Assembly (NCBI GenBank): GCA_001938485.1 | Contig: MQRK01254919.1 | Coordinates: 1 to 52,588, forward strand | From: Girardia tigrina | Taxonomy: Eukaryota | Direction: 5' to 3' | Length of the DNA: 52,588 nucleotides | In this document: positions 1 to 13,130 of the stretch, one piece after another | Numbering within the stretch: position 1 is the first letter of the stretch | Layout of the letters: each line of letters starts with the position of its first letter | The notes under the pieces: generated by a model | What the model was told of the DNA's origin: nothing | Database searches by the model: none | What the model saw: only the letters and a program-made list of their open reading frames with translations | Position numbers and translations under genes: made by a program

Positions 1-1265
1 TTCGCGTTGTTTGTTCGGATACCGTCTGGATTCACAGTATGATCCAGAAATACTAATTCCCTCTGGTGGAACTGACATTTTTCGGGATTAATTTTCAGTC
101 CCCACAAGCTCAATCGTTGAAATACTTCCCTCAGAATACAATCGTGCTCTTCTAATGTTTGTGCGTACACCAATATGTCGTCTAAATACACGAGAACGCC
201 CTTGAAAATCATACCTTCCAATAAATTATGCATCAACCGCTGAAAAGTCGCCGGTGCTGTGGATAGCCCAAAAGGCATGCGATTAAAACAAAATTGCCCC
301 TGTTTAGTGCTGAATGTTGTACATAACCTAGATTCCTCGGTTAGCTCAACTTGATAATACGCTTGACCCAAATCTATCGAAGAAAACCAGCAAGCCTCAG
401 CCAAGCAATCTAATAAATGATGTGTATCTGGCATCGGAAAAGATACACTATCTGTAACGCCATACAATTGGCGATAATCAACGCACATTCTTATCGTACC
501 GTCTTTCTTCCCCACAATAACGAGTGGGGAGTTCCATGGACTTTTACAAGGCCGTATAATCTTTGACTGCAATAAATTCTGAATCATTTCATCGATCTTA
601 CTTTCTAGATGCATCGGTTGTCGGCGGGGATGTTGACTAATTGGCCCTCCTCTTGTCACGATGTAATGTTGAACTTTCCGAGTATGTCCCAAATCGAACT
701 TTGATGCCATAAATATATTCCCAAATTCCTTGACAAGAAATTCAAGTGTCTTTTGTTTGTGATTCTTGTACTGGTCCAATGCTATTTTCGTCCGCTTGTC
801 ATCTGTGTAGGTGTTTTTCACCAAGGCCGCATCAATATTGTTTACTGCCATAAGTTGAACTTCAAATAATGGCATTGTGTCAACACCCCCAATAAACTGA
901 AGGTGTATTTTTCTCACAAAAATCACTTTGATATCTCTTACTTTACTATTCCATTGTACCTTCAATACAGCGGTACCCGTGGGTGACTCGGTTCCCGTCG
1001 AGAATACCCCGCTTAATCTAACTTCAAAATCTGACAATGTGAGTTCTCCAATCTTCCGCCAATAATCTTCGCTCATAACGGTGACCGAAGCTCCGGAATC
1101 CCATAACATATCCAGTTAAATTCCACATATCTCCATCATACTCCACAGTCTACCATCATTTGTCCTTTGCATCACTTCAAGTTCTTTCACATTTCGATTC
1201 ACATTCCCAGTTTCTATTACAATCCCATTGACGAAATGTAAGCAATGGGATTGTTCAGGTTTTTT
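1..1265 (-). pseudogene. pol: Ty3/gypsy pol (aspartic protease + reverse transcriptase), running off the left edge
   Basis: Manual translation gives protease LWDSGASVT (DSG 1092-1100) and RT motifs SPWNSPLVIVGKKDGTIRMCVDYRQL, FSSIDLGQAYYQV, RMPFGLSTAPATFQRLM and YLDD (177-188). The frame is open from 1115 to the edge, with one in-frame TAA at 1116-1118. It lies in the -1 frame relative to gag. Confidence 0.95.
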
Positions 1266-2423
1266 CCCATCTCAACTTCGTGTGAAATTATTTCATCATC
1301 TGACTGGTCCACTTCGTTCTGTTCGTCGTAAACACATAATATCGATTTGGATTTCTCAAAATTCGCGTTTCGTAACAGATTACATTCCTTGAAAGAGTGA
1401 CCCGGTTTTCCACATATTAAACATTTGTCCTTAAGGGGACATTGAAATCTTCTGTGATCGTTTTCACCACAACAAAAACACTGTCCCGGTTGCAACCGTT
1501 CATCGTGCGGTGGGGGCATGCTACGGCATTTATTATAAAGCCTTCGATCGATTTGCTTCAGCGATACCGAAGGCTGTTGTTTCAGAGATGTCTGACGATA
1601 TTCCGAATCAATTGGTTTTGTTTGATTAGACTTTTTGAAATAATCGGTATTTTCAAATCCATTACTTTCATCACATCGACTTGGAGGATTCCAATGATTG
1701 TGTTGGGATTGTATCTTCGGAAACGATTTCACAGCTTGTGCATAATTTTGGGGTTTGTTCTGATTGATGTATCTTCTATTTTGAATTCCATTGACTTCGA
1801 TTTTCGCCATGTCAACGGAGGTTTCCCGATTTTCATAAACCTTTGCAAGCATTCTCATGTCTTCCCTTTTGATGTCCGGCTTTAATGCCAACGAGTCTCT
1901 GAGTCCCATACTTCTTACCCGTTTCGTTAAAAATTCGTTCAATATTTCATCACGACTCAGCTCCGAGTCAAAAACATTGTTAAGCAATTTCCTTACTCGA
2001 ATTTCAAAAGTCACGAATTTTTCTTTCTCATCTTGTTTAATAATTTGCCAGCTCCACAAAACTATCCAGAATGGACTTCTTCACCGTGAATGTTTCATGG
2101 AACCAATCTGTGGCTTCGTCCTTAATTACGGCATCTGTTTTATGGTCTTTCCATAATTCACCGGCTTCTTCTGAGAGTAATAAATCAAAAGCATTTACCA
2201 ACGGCAAATCATTCAAGGACAGCCATTCTTCAATATCCTTCAGCCATCTTTCAGTTTCTTGTGAGTCTCTTCCATCGAACTTTCTCACATTAAAACTCAG
2301 CAATTCCTGAGCTTTCTGTGGAAGCGCCGCTAACAATAAATTGCACTGCTGGCTACGCGTTATAGCGTTAATATTTTCGGCGTGGTCGCCAGTTACGATA
2401 GGTTTATGATTCATCAAAAACAC
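1217..2423 (-). pseudogene. gag: Ty3/gypsy gag with two CCHC zinc knuckles, broken by a 1-nt frameshift near 2040
   Basis: ORFs 2037..2423 and 1217..2059 join as ...FVELAN/IKQDEKEKF. The knuckles are CFCCGENDHRRFQC and CLICGKPGHSFKEC (CX2CX4HX4C). It lies directly upstream of pol. Confidence 0.9.
1219..1265 (-). promoter_or_regulatory. -1 programmed ribosomal frameshift signal (A AAA AAC slippery heptamer + 12-bp hairpin)
   Basis: On the minus strand, A_AAA_AAC lies in the gag frame (1259-1265). After a 4-nt spacer comes ACAATCCCATTG-12 nt loop-CAATGGGATTGT (1219-1254). The -1 frame is open from here to the TAA just before the protease motif. Confidence 0.8.
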
Positions 2424-2499
2424 GTTCAGTGTCAGTTATAATAATTATATATTATTAAAACAAATTAAATTTAATATCATAACTATATGTTTTATATTT

Positions 2500-2900
2500 T
2501 TCTTATTTACATGATCCCAACAATATTGGTCTTGTGTTCCGCGTACTTCTTGTCGGGTACATTCTATCAATAACTTGGGCCTTCTCCTTTCCCTTTATTC
2601 TCCAGGTTCATATACTGGTCTGAGTCTTTGTTTTCTGACTCTGATAATCGGTTTCTTTCACTTCCTTGATCTGGTTGTAATTCCGTTTTATTTCTTTATT
2701 CATCCCTTCGTGATATAAAGAGAATTTCCAGTCATAAATAATTCTTCGGATAACGAATGACCCCATTAATTTATTTTTAAATCATTGTATTACTGGATTT
2801 TTAACCATCACTTTCTGTCCTATTTTTAGTTTTGCATACAACTGGTGCAGTCATACCTTGATTTTTCTCTATCTTTGATTCCGGGAACTACTTTTATCCT
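2500..2900 (-). mobile_element. Degenerate gypsy integrase C-terminus (separate, older element)
   Basis: Broken peptides KIGQKVMVKNP, KLMGSFVI, KRNYNQIK and RMYPTRSTRNTRP resemble the GPY/F region and tail of gypsy integrases. There are many stops and frameshifts. Confidence 0.5.
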
Positions 2901-4296
2901 ACTTCTCATTCTATTCACATAATTTATCTGCTGTGATATTCAACATGTTTTGATTCTGTAACATTTTTAATTTTATTTTTCTAAAAATCAATCAAAATGA
3001 TATCATTGAGGTATCATTCCATCAAAATAATGCTTCTGAATCATAATTGCCCTTCTCAATAAGTCCTTAGAAATACCACTTTTACACAATTTGCAACTGA
3101 TATTTTTGCTTGTAACGTATTTAGTCTTATAAAAATTGTCGTTTTTCATTAATAAATCGAATATGCCACGGTACACATTTGAATTTTCATTTCTATAAAA
3201 AGATTCGATTTCATATACTGAAGCTTTAATATTCTTGTTGATTTGCAGAATTTAAAAATTAATAGATTTCCAACTTAACATTCTTAACATAACAGCTCCG
3301 TACTTTAAAAGTACTATTGAAACAATACAATAGAAACTTTCAACGCCTTAATATTGTGTTATTAATTGATATTCTTACTTTCATATTATTGCTTTTATTG
3401 ATGTTTTAATAGTTTAGTTTACCTCATTTAGAACTGGCCACTGCAGGTATTGGGGATAACTAAATATTATATTAAAATAGTCGGAGAATAAGAGATCTAC
3501 TCAGCAGGTCACGTCAGATACATGTTCCAAGTCTCATCCAGAGGCCAGCCTGATGCTTGCGATATATCGTCTACATGTCACTAAGAGATATTCCCTAAAA
3601 ACAGGAATGACAGCTGGGGGTCTCACGACGTTTCAAGAGAGGCATCTGGCAGAGTCATGTCGACCAACGTGTTATTAGTTAACTTTTTAAATGAAAAAAA
3701 TTAATTAATTAAAAATGAGAAAAAATTAATAATTAATAATAATTAATAGAATGAAAAGTAAGTTCGTATATATTTTTTCTCATTTTAAAATTTTAAGATG
3801 AAACATTAATATTTGCAAATATTTCTTTTTCAAAAAATAATTTTGGTATAGGAAATTTTTATATTTTCTTTCCGGAAAACATTTTTTTAATAATATTTAT
3901 ATTATTAATATATATTATTAATAGAAACTTCAATTAAAAATAAATATGATTTGTGTTTTGTAAAGATTTGTAATTTTATTTGAAATTTTTTTACGATAAT
4001 TTTTAAAATTTAAAAATATATAATTAAAACATAAATATTTTATACAAATTTATATTTCCAAGTCTAGGAAATAATTTTAAGATAATAATTGAGATTGAAT
4101 TAATTGTTTAAGTTTAAAGTAAATAAAATTTGATTAATTATTTATTGTTTTTAGGGTTAGATTAAAGGTAGATTTTTTACCCAGGCGATATTTCGAAAAT
4201 TTATTAAATATTTAATCTTATTATTTACAAAAATATGTCTCTCATAGGTACTAATATAATAATAATAATAAAATTATTATTAATAATAATAATAAT

Positions 4297-4816
4297 TGTG
4301 AGGAATATTTTATATTGTTTGAATGTGTGAATGTATTGATGCTGTATGTTGATTTAAGTATGTTGAATTTAGAATGGTGATTCTCCCACCAGATGGAAAT
4401 CGGTCTTTTTAAAATTTAAAGTGATTGACTTTCCGAACATAATTAAAATAATTTGATAAGTTTATATTTTGTAAATTAACAATTTAAATTAAGTTTAATA
4501 TTTTTTAAGAAAAGAAAAGCATTTGATTAAATTTAAATAAATTTAATAAGATTTAAATTAAAGTCATTTTAATTAATTTGATAACATTTTTATTATTTTG
4601 TGTTTTTATTTAAAAGTAATTTGAATTATTATTTTTAATTAATATTTTTAAAAAATAAAGATTTAAAAAAATTGTTTGAATAATCATGATTAAAAATAGA
4701 AATTAAAAAACCAATTAGAACGATGTCAAACAGTGAAAGATTTTGCGAGAGTTATGATAACTCTAAATGTGATAATAATAAAAATTCTAATGAAAATTGT
4801 CTCAATGTTTTTAACA
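4297..4816 (+). mobile_element. Solo LTR (TGTGAGG...TTAACA), copy 1
   Basis: Colinear with 10758-11261 and with the reverse complement of 34303-34802. It has TG..CA ends and is flanked by ATAAT on both sides, although this sits inside an (AAT)n tract. Confidence 0.75.
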
Positions 4817-5630
4817 ATAATAATAATAATAATAAAAATAATAATGATAATAATAATTGGGTAATGGGAGTAATATTTCTGGAAATATGAAAGTTTCTTG
4901 ATCGGACGTGAAAACAACTAATTTTAAAATATTGTGCAGTAATTTTAAAAATTATTGGGAAAGAGTTACTTGTGAGGTATTATTGATTAAATCGCTTAAT
5001 CCATCCATTAATGTCCAAACAAGTCTCTCTTCCATTTTTTGGAAAATATTTAATTAGTTATTACGCAAGATGTTTGCATAATCATCAATTTGCTATATAT
5101 AAGACAGCGAAATTGTTGTTAATTAAACCTGAAGATGTGGAAAACCCACCAAAATATATTGCAAAAATAAAATTTAATTTTTTGAATGGCGTTATTGATT
5201 TTATTATTATTACTATTATTATTGGAGTGAAAAATAATTAAGTTGTGGATAGACCGAATATTTGCATGATGAAACTTTTCATAAGTAGAAAGTGAATCGA
5301 CTCTGATGAATGAAATCGGGAATGAAACTACTTTTCAAAAATATTGTCCTGTGAAATTAATGTAAGAGCTTTTGTGGTAAAGGGAATTGAATGTCGATGG
5401 TGAAGAAGTTCATTAAACAAAAAGAAAGACTTTATACCATATCAATAGTGTCGGACAAATTTATCATTTATAATCAATGTTTTTTAACGATTCTACTTAT
5501 TAATTAATTAAGTATTATAAAAAATTAAATAAAATAATATAATTTTCAAAAAATTATAGAAAACAAAAAAAAATAATTAATTATAGTAATAATGGAGTTT
5601 ATTGAATGACGGTTTGTTTTCGCTCTAAAG

Positions 5631-6148
5631 TAGCGGTTCCTAACCTTTATAGTGCAACGACCCTTTTAATACAATTCCCAATGTTGTGGGGACCCCAAAC
5701 TGTTGCCACTAAATACTGTTATAAATCGTAATGCTCATATCTGATATGCGGGAAGTATTTTCATTGCTAAAATTGAACTAGCTAAAGCTTTATGTTTAAT
5801 AACAAAAACAATATGTAATTATAGTTTGTTAAAATAAATTTCTACTTATAATTAAATTCAAACAAATCAATTTGTTATGACTTGCATTTATTTATTTTTT
5901 AATATTACTTATTCACCATTTTCATGTTGCATACTTATGTGAAAACATGATGGGTTTAGATAACATTCTTAACTACAGTAAACTACATTGTTACAACACT
6001 GTTGCAACAATATGTGGTCAAAAACTATTGTCAGTGCGAAGGTTGAGCTTGTTTCTGCTTCATTACCTATACAGTTTACACATTAGAATACAAACAAAAA
6101 AACACATTTTTTCAATGGTATTGGACGACCACCGGTTGAGAACTGCTG
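5631..6148 (-). mobile_element. Non-autonomous hAT (Buster/Charlie group), SPIN/URR1-like internal deletion derivative
   Basis: Perfect 8-bp TSD CTCTAAAG (5623-5630, 6149-6156). TIRs are TAGCGGTTCCTAACC / GGTTGAGAACTGCTG. The minus strand retains transposase-tail codons VMKQKQAQPSH*. Confidence 0.85.
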
Positions 6149-7119
6149 CTCTAAAGTGATTCCTATCGAGTCTTGTAATGCCGACTTGTGGTTAATTGGT
6201 GGTGATTTTGAAAGTATGTGTGTTGTGTAATTATGTGAAAAAATGAATGTTGTGTTCTTAATGCAACTTAAGATTCCTTGATTTTGATTGGTTCCTCGAT
6301 CATTTGGATGGGAAAATTAAAGATGATTTAATGTATATTTGTGACGGTGTCACAATTTAAATAAATCAGTTGTGAAAGTGTGAAGAGAGGAGTTGTGTTC
6401 GGATTGGTTTGATAGAGATATTAATGTAAAAATTTCTCATGTTTAAAAAAAATAAAATTGAGGTCTGTGAATAAAAAAAGGTTGTTTAAAAAATAAAATA
6501 TATGTTTTGGTATAAAAACGAATTGTGATTTTTGAAGGAACAAAAAGAGTAACATAATTTGTAAATGCAAAGAAAATTAAAGTTTCGAGTCTTGCATTTT
6601 AAATTATAAATGATTAATAATCTTGAAATTGAAGACTTTTCAGAGTTTGATTTATTCGAAAGAGTAGATTTATTGTATGAATTATCTTAAATTACAATAA
6701 CGAGAATCGGTTGTTACTCTTTTGATAGATATAAATCGACTTATAATGAACTAAGCAGTATAAAGCCAAATTATCTGTGTAAAGATAGAACGTATTCTTC
6801 TTTAATAAGGTTTCCCATGAAACCTTAAAATATTACTTGAAATCCAAAAAAATCAATAAATAATGATGTGATGAATTATCTAAGAATTGAACTAACCCCT
6901 AAAGTGCTATTTAAAATGAATTGTTCGGCCAAAAAAACAAGTAGGGTTTGACTTGGAAGTATACCCATTAAGGTCCTCTTCTATTATTATTATTGTTATT
7001 ATTATTATTATGTTATTACTTTTTAAAAATACTTTTAAGGATCTCTTTCCATAACAGTGCTCATAAGAAAAAGAGAAAGTTTGATAATTTAGTAACATCT
7101 GTTAAAAACAATGTATTAA

Positions 7120-7352
7120 CCCTAATGGGCCGAAACTATTTCCTTTAGAAAAAAATGAATTTTTGATATTAATTCTGGTTTATTATATCTAAATAACTTG
7201 TTCTACATTAAAAAATAAACTGATGAGTTCAAACTCATGACTCATATATACAAAGACTATTGCACCTAATGCCGCCTGTTGCTGAGTTGTCAAATTGATG
7301 TAAAAAAATATTTGAGCAGTGTTCTTTTAAAAGTACGGTGGACCCATTCGGG
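7120..7352. mobile_element. Possible piggyBac-type MITE
   Basis: TTAA|CCCTAATGGGCCG ... GGACCCATTCGGG|TTTA. The inverted ends match at 10 of 13 positions, and the right TSD is imperfect. Confidence 0.3.
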
Positions 7353-9789
7353 TTTATTATATATGAGTGCACTGAAACATGTATAGAGAACAGATTTTCT
7401 TTTTTTTATAATAGTGGAAAAGGGATTCGCATTTTCTAATTTATTAAATTAAATGGTCATATAAATATACAATATATATTTATGCTTTTTTCCTTCTTAA
7501 ATAAAATTTTCTTGTCAAATCGTATTGAAGTCACGATCATATTTTGATCCATAGACCGAATAATTGAACTAAGATTTACTTTAGGATTATTATTTATAAT
7601 GTGAAAGACTGAAAAGAAGTTTTTTCAATAAAAAAAATGTGAAATGATTGAGCAAGATAAAAGGACAATTACATATATATATCTGATAAAGTTGTTATAT
7701 ATTTTTAATAATTTTTAATAAAACAAAATGAACTCTATTTTAAAATGTATTTCGTGATAATATATTTAGACGGTTTTACAGTAATCCTCAGATGATTGAG
7801 ATTTTTACCTCTTGTATAGGTGAAATCGATTTTTGTGTAATCTATTATATAAAATTAATCGAAAGCTCTTTACAGATTGCTTGTCAGTGCCGCTTAAACA
7901 TTGATTTTGAGATCATAAGATTCAATTAACAATGTAATACTCGATATTCCCTCATAATAAAATGTAATATAGAATTCGAGAAACTATCATTCATCTTTGC
8001 GGAAGAGTCCAAGAGCACGCTAATGGAGAGGGTATGAAAAGGACAAAAACAACTTTAAAATATAATTGATTTCTATTGCAATCGTGAACAAAGTCGATAT
8101 TCAATATTTACAAATTTGTTAAAACTAAAACACATTAACATTATTTAAACAAATTATTTAGGAACTCCATTTTCATTTTTTTGCAAGAACCAGTTTCGAC
8201 ATTTCCAAATATAAACAAATATATATTTTAATTTAAATTTAAAACGGTATAATATACTACATATTGTTTTTTTATTAATTTCCATTTTTTACAAAATTAA
8301 TTTATACTAAAAAGTTTTAAACATTAATTTGTTATTTTAAAATCACAAAAATTTATTTTAAGATTATTTAAACTGAGCAAAACTTTATGATACATTATTT
8401 TAAAATTGCTTAAACTTGGTTATTTTTAATACTTCATCATTTAAAAATATTTCCCAAGATTTTTTAATATTGCATTTTTTTGTAAAAATAAAATTCAGTC
8501 AATTAATTTTTAAACGTTACACAAAATATTATTTCTAATTAAACAATTTTTAAAACATTCTATTATTCTCGGTATTTCAATTCCCGGCTTAATCCAAAAC
8601 CAATCTTTAATATTTTGGAAAATTAATTTTGTTTTAGATTTTTTAAAATTTGATCGTTAATAATTTCTATTTTAATTTGATTTTGTCAACAGATTTTAAT
8701 TTATCATATATAAATATTAAATTCGAAAATTTTATCGTTCGCCGAGATTCTAACTATTTCAAAATTCTGTCCAAGCATTTTAAAAATTATTTGGAAAGTG
8801 TGATGTGTAAAGCATTGTTAATTAGATCCAAAAATTAATGTTCAAACGACACTCTCAACCAAGTATTTTAGAGTTTTCGATTAATTTTAAATAATACATG
8901 ATACAATCATCGATTTAACATATATAAGTGGTAAAAAACTCATAATCAGTGAAATAGTCGAAATATATTATATTTAATATTTATTTTAAAATTGCGTCAC
9001 TATTGTTTTATTAAAATATGCCATTATATTTTGTAGTTTATCTATAATTTGTGAAATATTTTTTTCAAACATTGCATTTTTTTTAATTTTTATTAAATTT
9101 TATAAATTTCCTAATTAGTTTTTTTCGCATTTTTTTCTGGCTAATTATTTAAAATCTTAAATTATTTCAGTGAAAAAGACGAATGAACTATGTCCACATG
9201 ATAAAAAATTATTTTTTGAGCGGGTAAAATATACTGAAATAGTTAAAATAATGTTTTTCGGTATCGAAAACTTTTAAACATATTTTAACCAAAAATATTT
9301 TTTAAAAGATGAAAGAAATATTACATTAGAGATATTGAAAGTCAAAGAGTCAAGTTCGCCAGTTCAAAGGGTCTGTCAAAAATGTTCTCTGAAGTTTTCC
9401 TATCAAAATTAAAACATAATCGAAATTTATTCAATTTCTTGACAATAAATGATTTTCTTAATGAAATTTATATTATAAATTTAACTTGTCTTAAATTTTT
9501 GTCAGATAATTTTTATTTCACTCATGTAGAAAAATATGTTTTATAAAAGAATGTTTTACAAAAATACTTTTTATCCATATAATTTTATGTAAAAAATATA
9601 TCCATTATTTTCAACCTAAAAATCCAAACAACATTTTTTCTACATATTTATTCTTACAAAATAAGCTAATAACAATTAAAAGCTCATGGTAAAATTAAGT
9701 AATCATATGATAAAAAAATATTTTCTTTACATTAATGATTAAATCAAATAGTAATTTAGTACTTAAACTCAAATAACACCATTTCAATG

Positions 9790-10170
9790 TTAAATTAAAA
9801 CATGTTTCGCCACTTTTGTGGCATCTTCAGTTCTGCATTTAATTAGAAAGTTATTGTTTATATAGAAAGATGACCAATACGTCACAGTGTGTTACGTCAA
9901 AATACTCTAATATCATTGGATGAATCACTTTGCACATTTAAATCGTCACCTCCGTACTAGAATTGCAGAACATACCCAATCAAGTAGAAAAAGCTTAATT
10001 TTGGACCACATAGTGAAATGTCATGGAACTTAGAGGAGGGTATTTGATAATGATTTTCGGGTTTTGATTAGTTACTTTGATCACAATTATGAAAGGACAA
10101 TTACTGAAGCACTCTTGATAAAATTTTGTAAACCTAGTTTGTCTCTCCAATGTACAAGGATTCGCACTTG
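9790..10170. mobile_element. Penelope-like element remnant, head-to-head inverted structure
   Basis: The minus arm (9790-9940) encodes LNVQSDSSNDIRVF* followed by a hammerhead. The plus arm (9941-10160) encodes the GIY-YIG C-terminal half RHLRTRIAEH...DH...ERTITEALLIK...P. Confidence 0.8.
9795..9835 (-). ncRNA. Minimal type I hammerhead ribozyme motif
   Basis: Minus strand reads CTGAAGA T GCCAC AAAA GTGGC GAAA CATG TT. Stem II is perfect, stem III is palindromic (ACATGT) and stem I is weak. Confidence 0.75.
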
Positions 10171-10399
10171 TTTAAAAATTTGAGTTTAAAAAAATATTTA
10201 GTTTCAAATACGTTTTTATCTTTTGTTTTTGTGAAGAAAAATCTAAATATATTTTTTTCAAAGCAGAACCTCTTTTGGTTATAAAATGTTTTAAAGTTAT
10301 AAGAGCCAGAAGTTTTGGCCCTGACTCAGTTGCGATTATTGTGATTGGTTCCGTTTTTAAATATAGTTTGACTAAACATCTGTTACTAATATTTTTGTG

Positions 10400-11800
10400 C
10401 AAACAGTTTATTTTTATTAGTCCGATTAAGTATAAAGCTGTAATCTAATCTTTGACCAAAGAAGTTCATTCGTCAACATTTATCAAACATCAAATTAGAT
10501 CAAGTATATGGCGAGTATTCTCCAAATATTAACGCCTGTTGAGGCGATAATTCTCGACACTATCGTTCTTTTGGAGGCATATATTATATCTGACAGACTT
10601 TTGAAGACGAAAGAAATCACAGCAAGCTTATTTCTATCTAAAACAACCGTCAAAAAATGTCTTTAAAAAAGGTGCAAGGTGATTTACACTACTTCTTGTG
10701 ACTCTTCACAAACAGGAATAAGTGAGATGCTGCAAAGAGTTTTAAGATGAATATAACTGTGAGGAATATTTTAAATTGTTTGAATGTGTAAATGTAGTGA
10801 TGCTGTATGTTGATTTAAGTATGTTGAATTTAGAATGGTGATTCTCCCATCCAGATGGAAATTGGTATTTTTTTATTTAAATTTAAAGTGATTGACTAAT
10901 CGAACATAATTAAAATAATCATTTTATAAGTTCATATTTTTTTAATTTAACAATTTAAATTAAGTTTAATATTTTTTAGTAAAATTTAAATTAAATGCAT
11001 TTTTAATAATTTAATAACATTTTTATTATTTTTGGATTTATTGATAAATGGTTAAAATTATTATTTTTAATTAATATTTTTAGAAGTTAAATATTTTCAA
11101 AAATGACTTAAAAAATTGTTCGAATAATCATGATTGAAAATAGAAAAGAAGAAAACCAATTAGATCGATGACAAACGATGAAAGACTTTCTGAGAGTCAT
11201 AATGACTCTAAATGTGATTGTAATAAAAATTCAAATAAGACTTGTCTAAATGTTCTTAATTATAACGGTAATCCTAAAACTGTTAACTCCTTTGTTACTG
11301 AATATACGACTATTGTATTGAACTGTGGTACATTATCAAAGCGGGAATCAATGAAATAAGAAAAAAATGAGGGTTTCTCTTCAAAAAGCCAGTTACTCAG
11401 TCAACTGAGATAATGACTACAATATTTTTGATTTCAAGGGGCTTTTATTGGTTGACTAATAGGAAAGAAATACAAGAGTTTTCGCTGGACTACTTTACCA
11501 CATTCATGATGCCACCCTAGTCCATACAGATGTTATTAACAAGACCGCCATGAACGTAGAAGTTTGAAGGAATTTCTCATCAATCTTATAGTCTAGATTG
11601 GACAATCATCGATTTTTGCAAATTCTCAAAAGTTATGTTAGACTTCAGAGATAAAAAAATTAACAAAAAATGATGGTATTAGGCTCAATAAGATGCAACA
11701 AGTGTATTGATGTACAATGAGATAACACAGAAAAATGAAACGTTCATCTTTATATTAAACTTCGATTTTTACATTATTTAGTAAATGTTTTGACATGTCT
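10400..11800 (+). mobile_element. Old mariner remnant interrupted by solo LTR copy 2
   Basis: HTH-like DRLLKTKEITASLFLSKTTV lies before the LTR. After it come FVTEYTT..SKRESMK, SHQSYSLD (degenerate HPPYSPD) and RCNKCIDVQ*DNTEK. The ends are approximate. Confidence 0.55.
10758..11261 (+). mobile_element. Solo LTR, copy 2
   Basis: Starts TGTGAGG, with a 5-bp TSD ATAAC (10753-10757, 11262-11266). Highly similar to the reverse complement of 34303-34802. Confidence 0.85.
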
Positions 11801-11805
11801 ACTGT

Positions 11806-12180
11806 TACATAAGCTGGACCAAAAGTAAGGTTACAGTGAACATTTAAACATTTTTCTTTTATTAGAAAATTACAGAATTATTCACAAAAATCATATTTAC
11901 ATATTAAACATTTATTCTCTAAACTGCTAAAAATGTTTACCTTCTACCTTACAATAATTTTCAACTCTGGCAAGAACACACTGATATACAATACAAATTC
12001 CTATCTCATTTAATATCAGGGAATATGAGGGGATTTTTCTCATATACTTTGTTCTTGACTACCCTCCGAAAAATGTTTACGTGGTGGTTAGTTTTCCAAA
12101 CTAATTCTGTTGAAAGGTTTCAGGAAAATACAATCTTATTCTCTTATAGGAGCTCAAATTTGCCGGAATATATTAAGACA
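11806..12180 (-). mobile_element. Tc1/mariner-superfamily 3' remnant
   Basis: TIR-like TACATAAGCTGGACCAAAAGTAAGGTTACAGT and a minus-strand tail VEGKHF*QFRE*. The other end was not found. Confidence 0.3.
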
Positions 12181-13087
12181 TACGATAAATGATATATTTA
12201 AAAAACGTTGTTTTCATTTTTTTATTTTATAAAAATATCATATTAAATTCAATCAGTTTTCATAACAAATTATAATTGCAGATAATGTCGTATGAAATAT
12301 CGAAATATGTACAATAATCAATTTGTTAATCACGACTTAAGTAAATTATTTTTCAAATATATAATATTATATATATTAAATTTTACCGATAAACTTATGA
12401 CTACTATAATAAAATTGATTATTAACACATTATTAAACAGTTATTATGTCAATTTTAGTTGTTTATAATAAGTTTTGTTTATAAATTTGCGTAAACAATT
12501 TATATATTTACACAAGATTTTCTAGATAAATTTTCTTATTTATATTTATTATCTGTTCATATAATACAATATATAATATAAATAAGAAGTATCGTTAAAA
12601 ATCTAAACTTAATATTTTATGGTACAAAAACTTTAAGGTTTATTAGTGGTTCTTTTTGGTGAACTGAAACTTTTTGATATTTTTTAAATTAAAAATCATA
12701 ATTATATTTGAGATAAATTAAAAAATAATATTTTACTAATTAAATTGAAAGAACTTTTATAAAAAAATAGGTTTAAAAAATCACAATTAAAATAACAGTT
12801 TCGGAGTAAAAGAATATTGTAAAGAAAATTTTGATATATCTTGTAACACTTTTTAAAATAAAAATCATAATGTTTATTGAATTTAATTGTCAACGGAAAT
12901 TCTCATTAAAAAATAATTTATAATTGAATTTTTAAAATTAAAGAAAAATTATTTAGGAATTGAATTTTTACAGGACATGTCCATTAAAATAATTTTAAAA
13001 ATCTAAATTTATATTCCAAATTAATAAACATTGTAAAAATTAATAAAACAAAAACAAAATAGGATTTATGCAAAATTGAATAAATTA

Positions 13088-13130
<43 letters not shown>

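Noticed and set aside
1442-2310. Plus-strand ORFs over gag, and similar antisense ORFs over mariner and hAT copies
   Set aside because: They are shadows of the opposite-strand TE coding sequence and carry no motifs.
7220-7250. CTGATGA hammerhead-like box (also at about 18591-18597 on the minus strand)
   Set aside because: There is no properly placed GAAA box or stem III.
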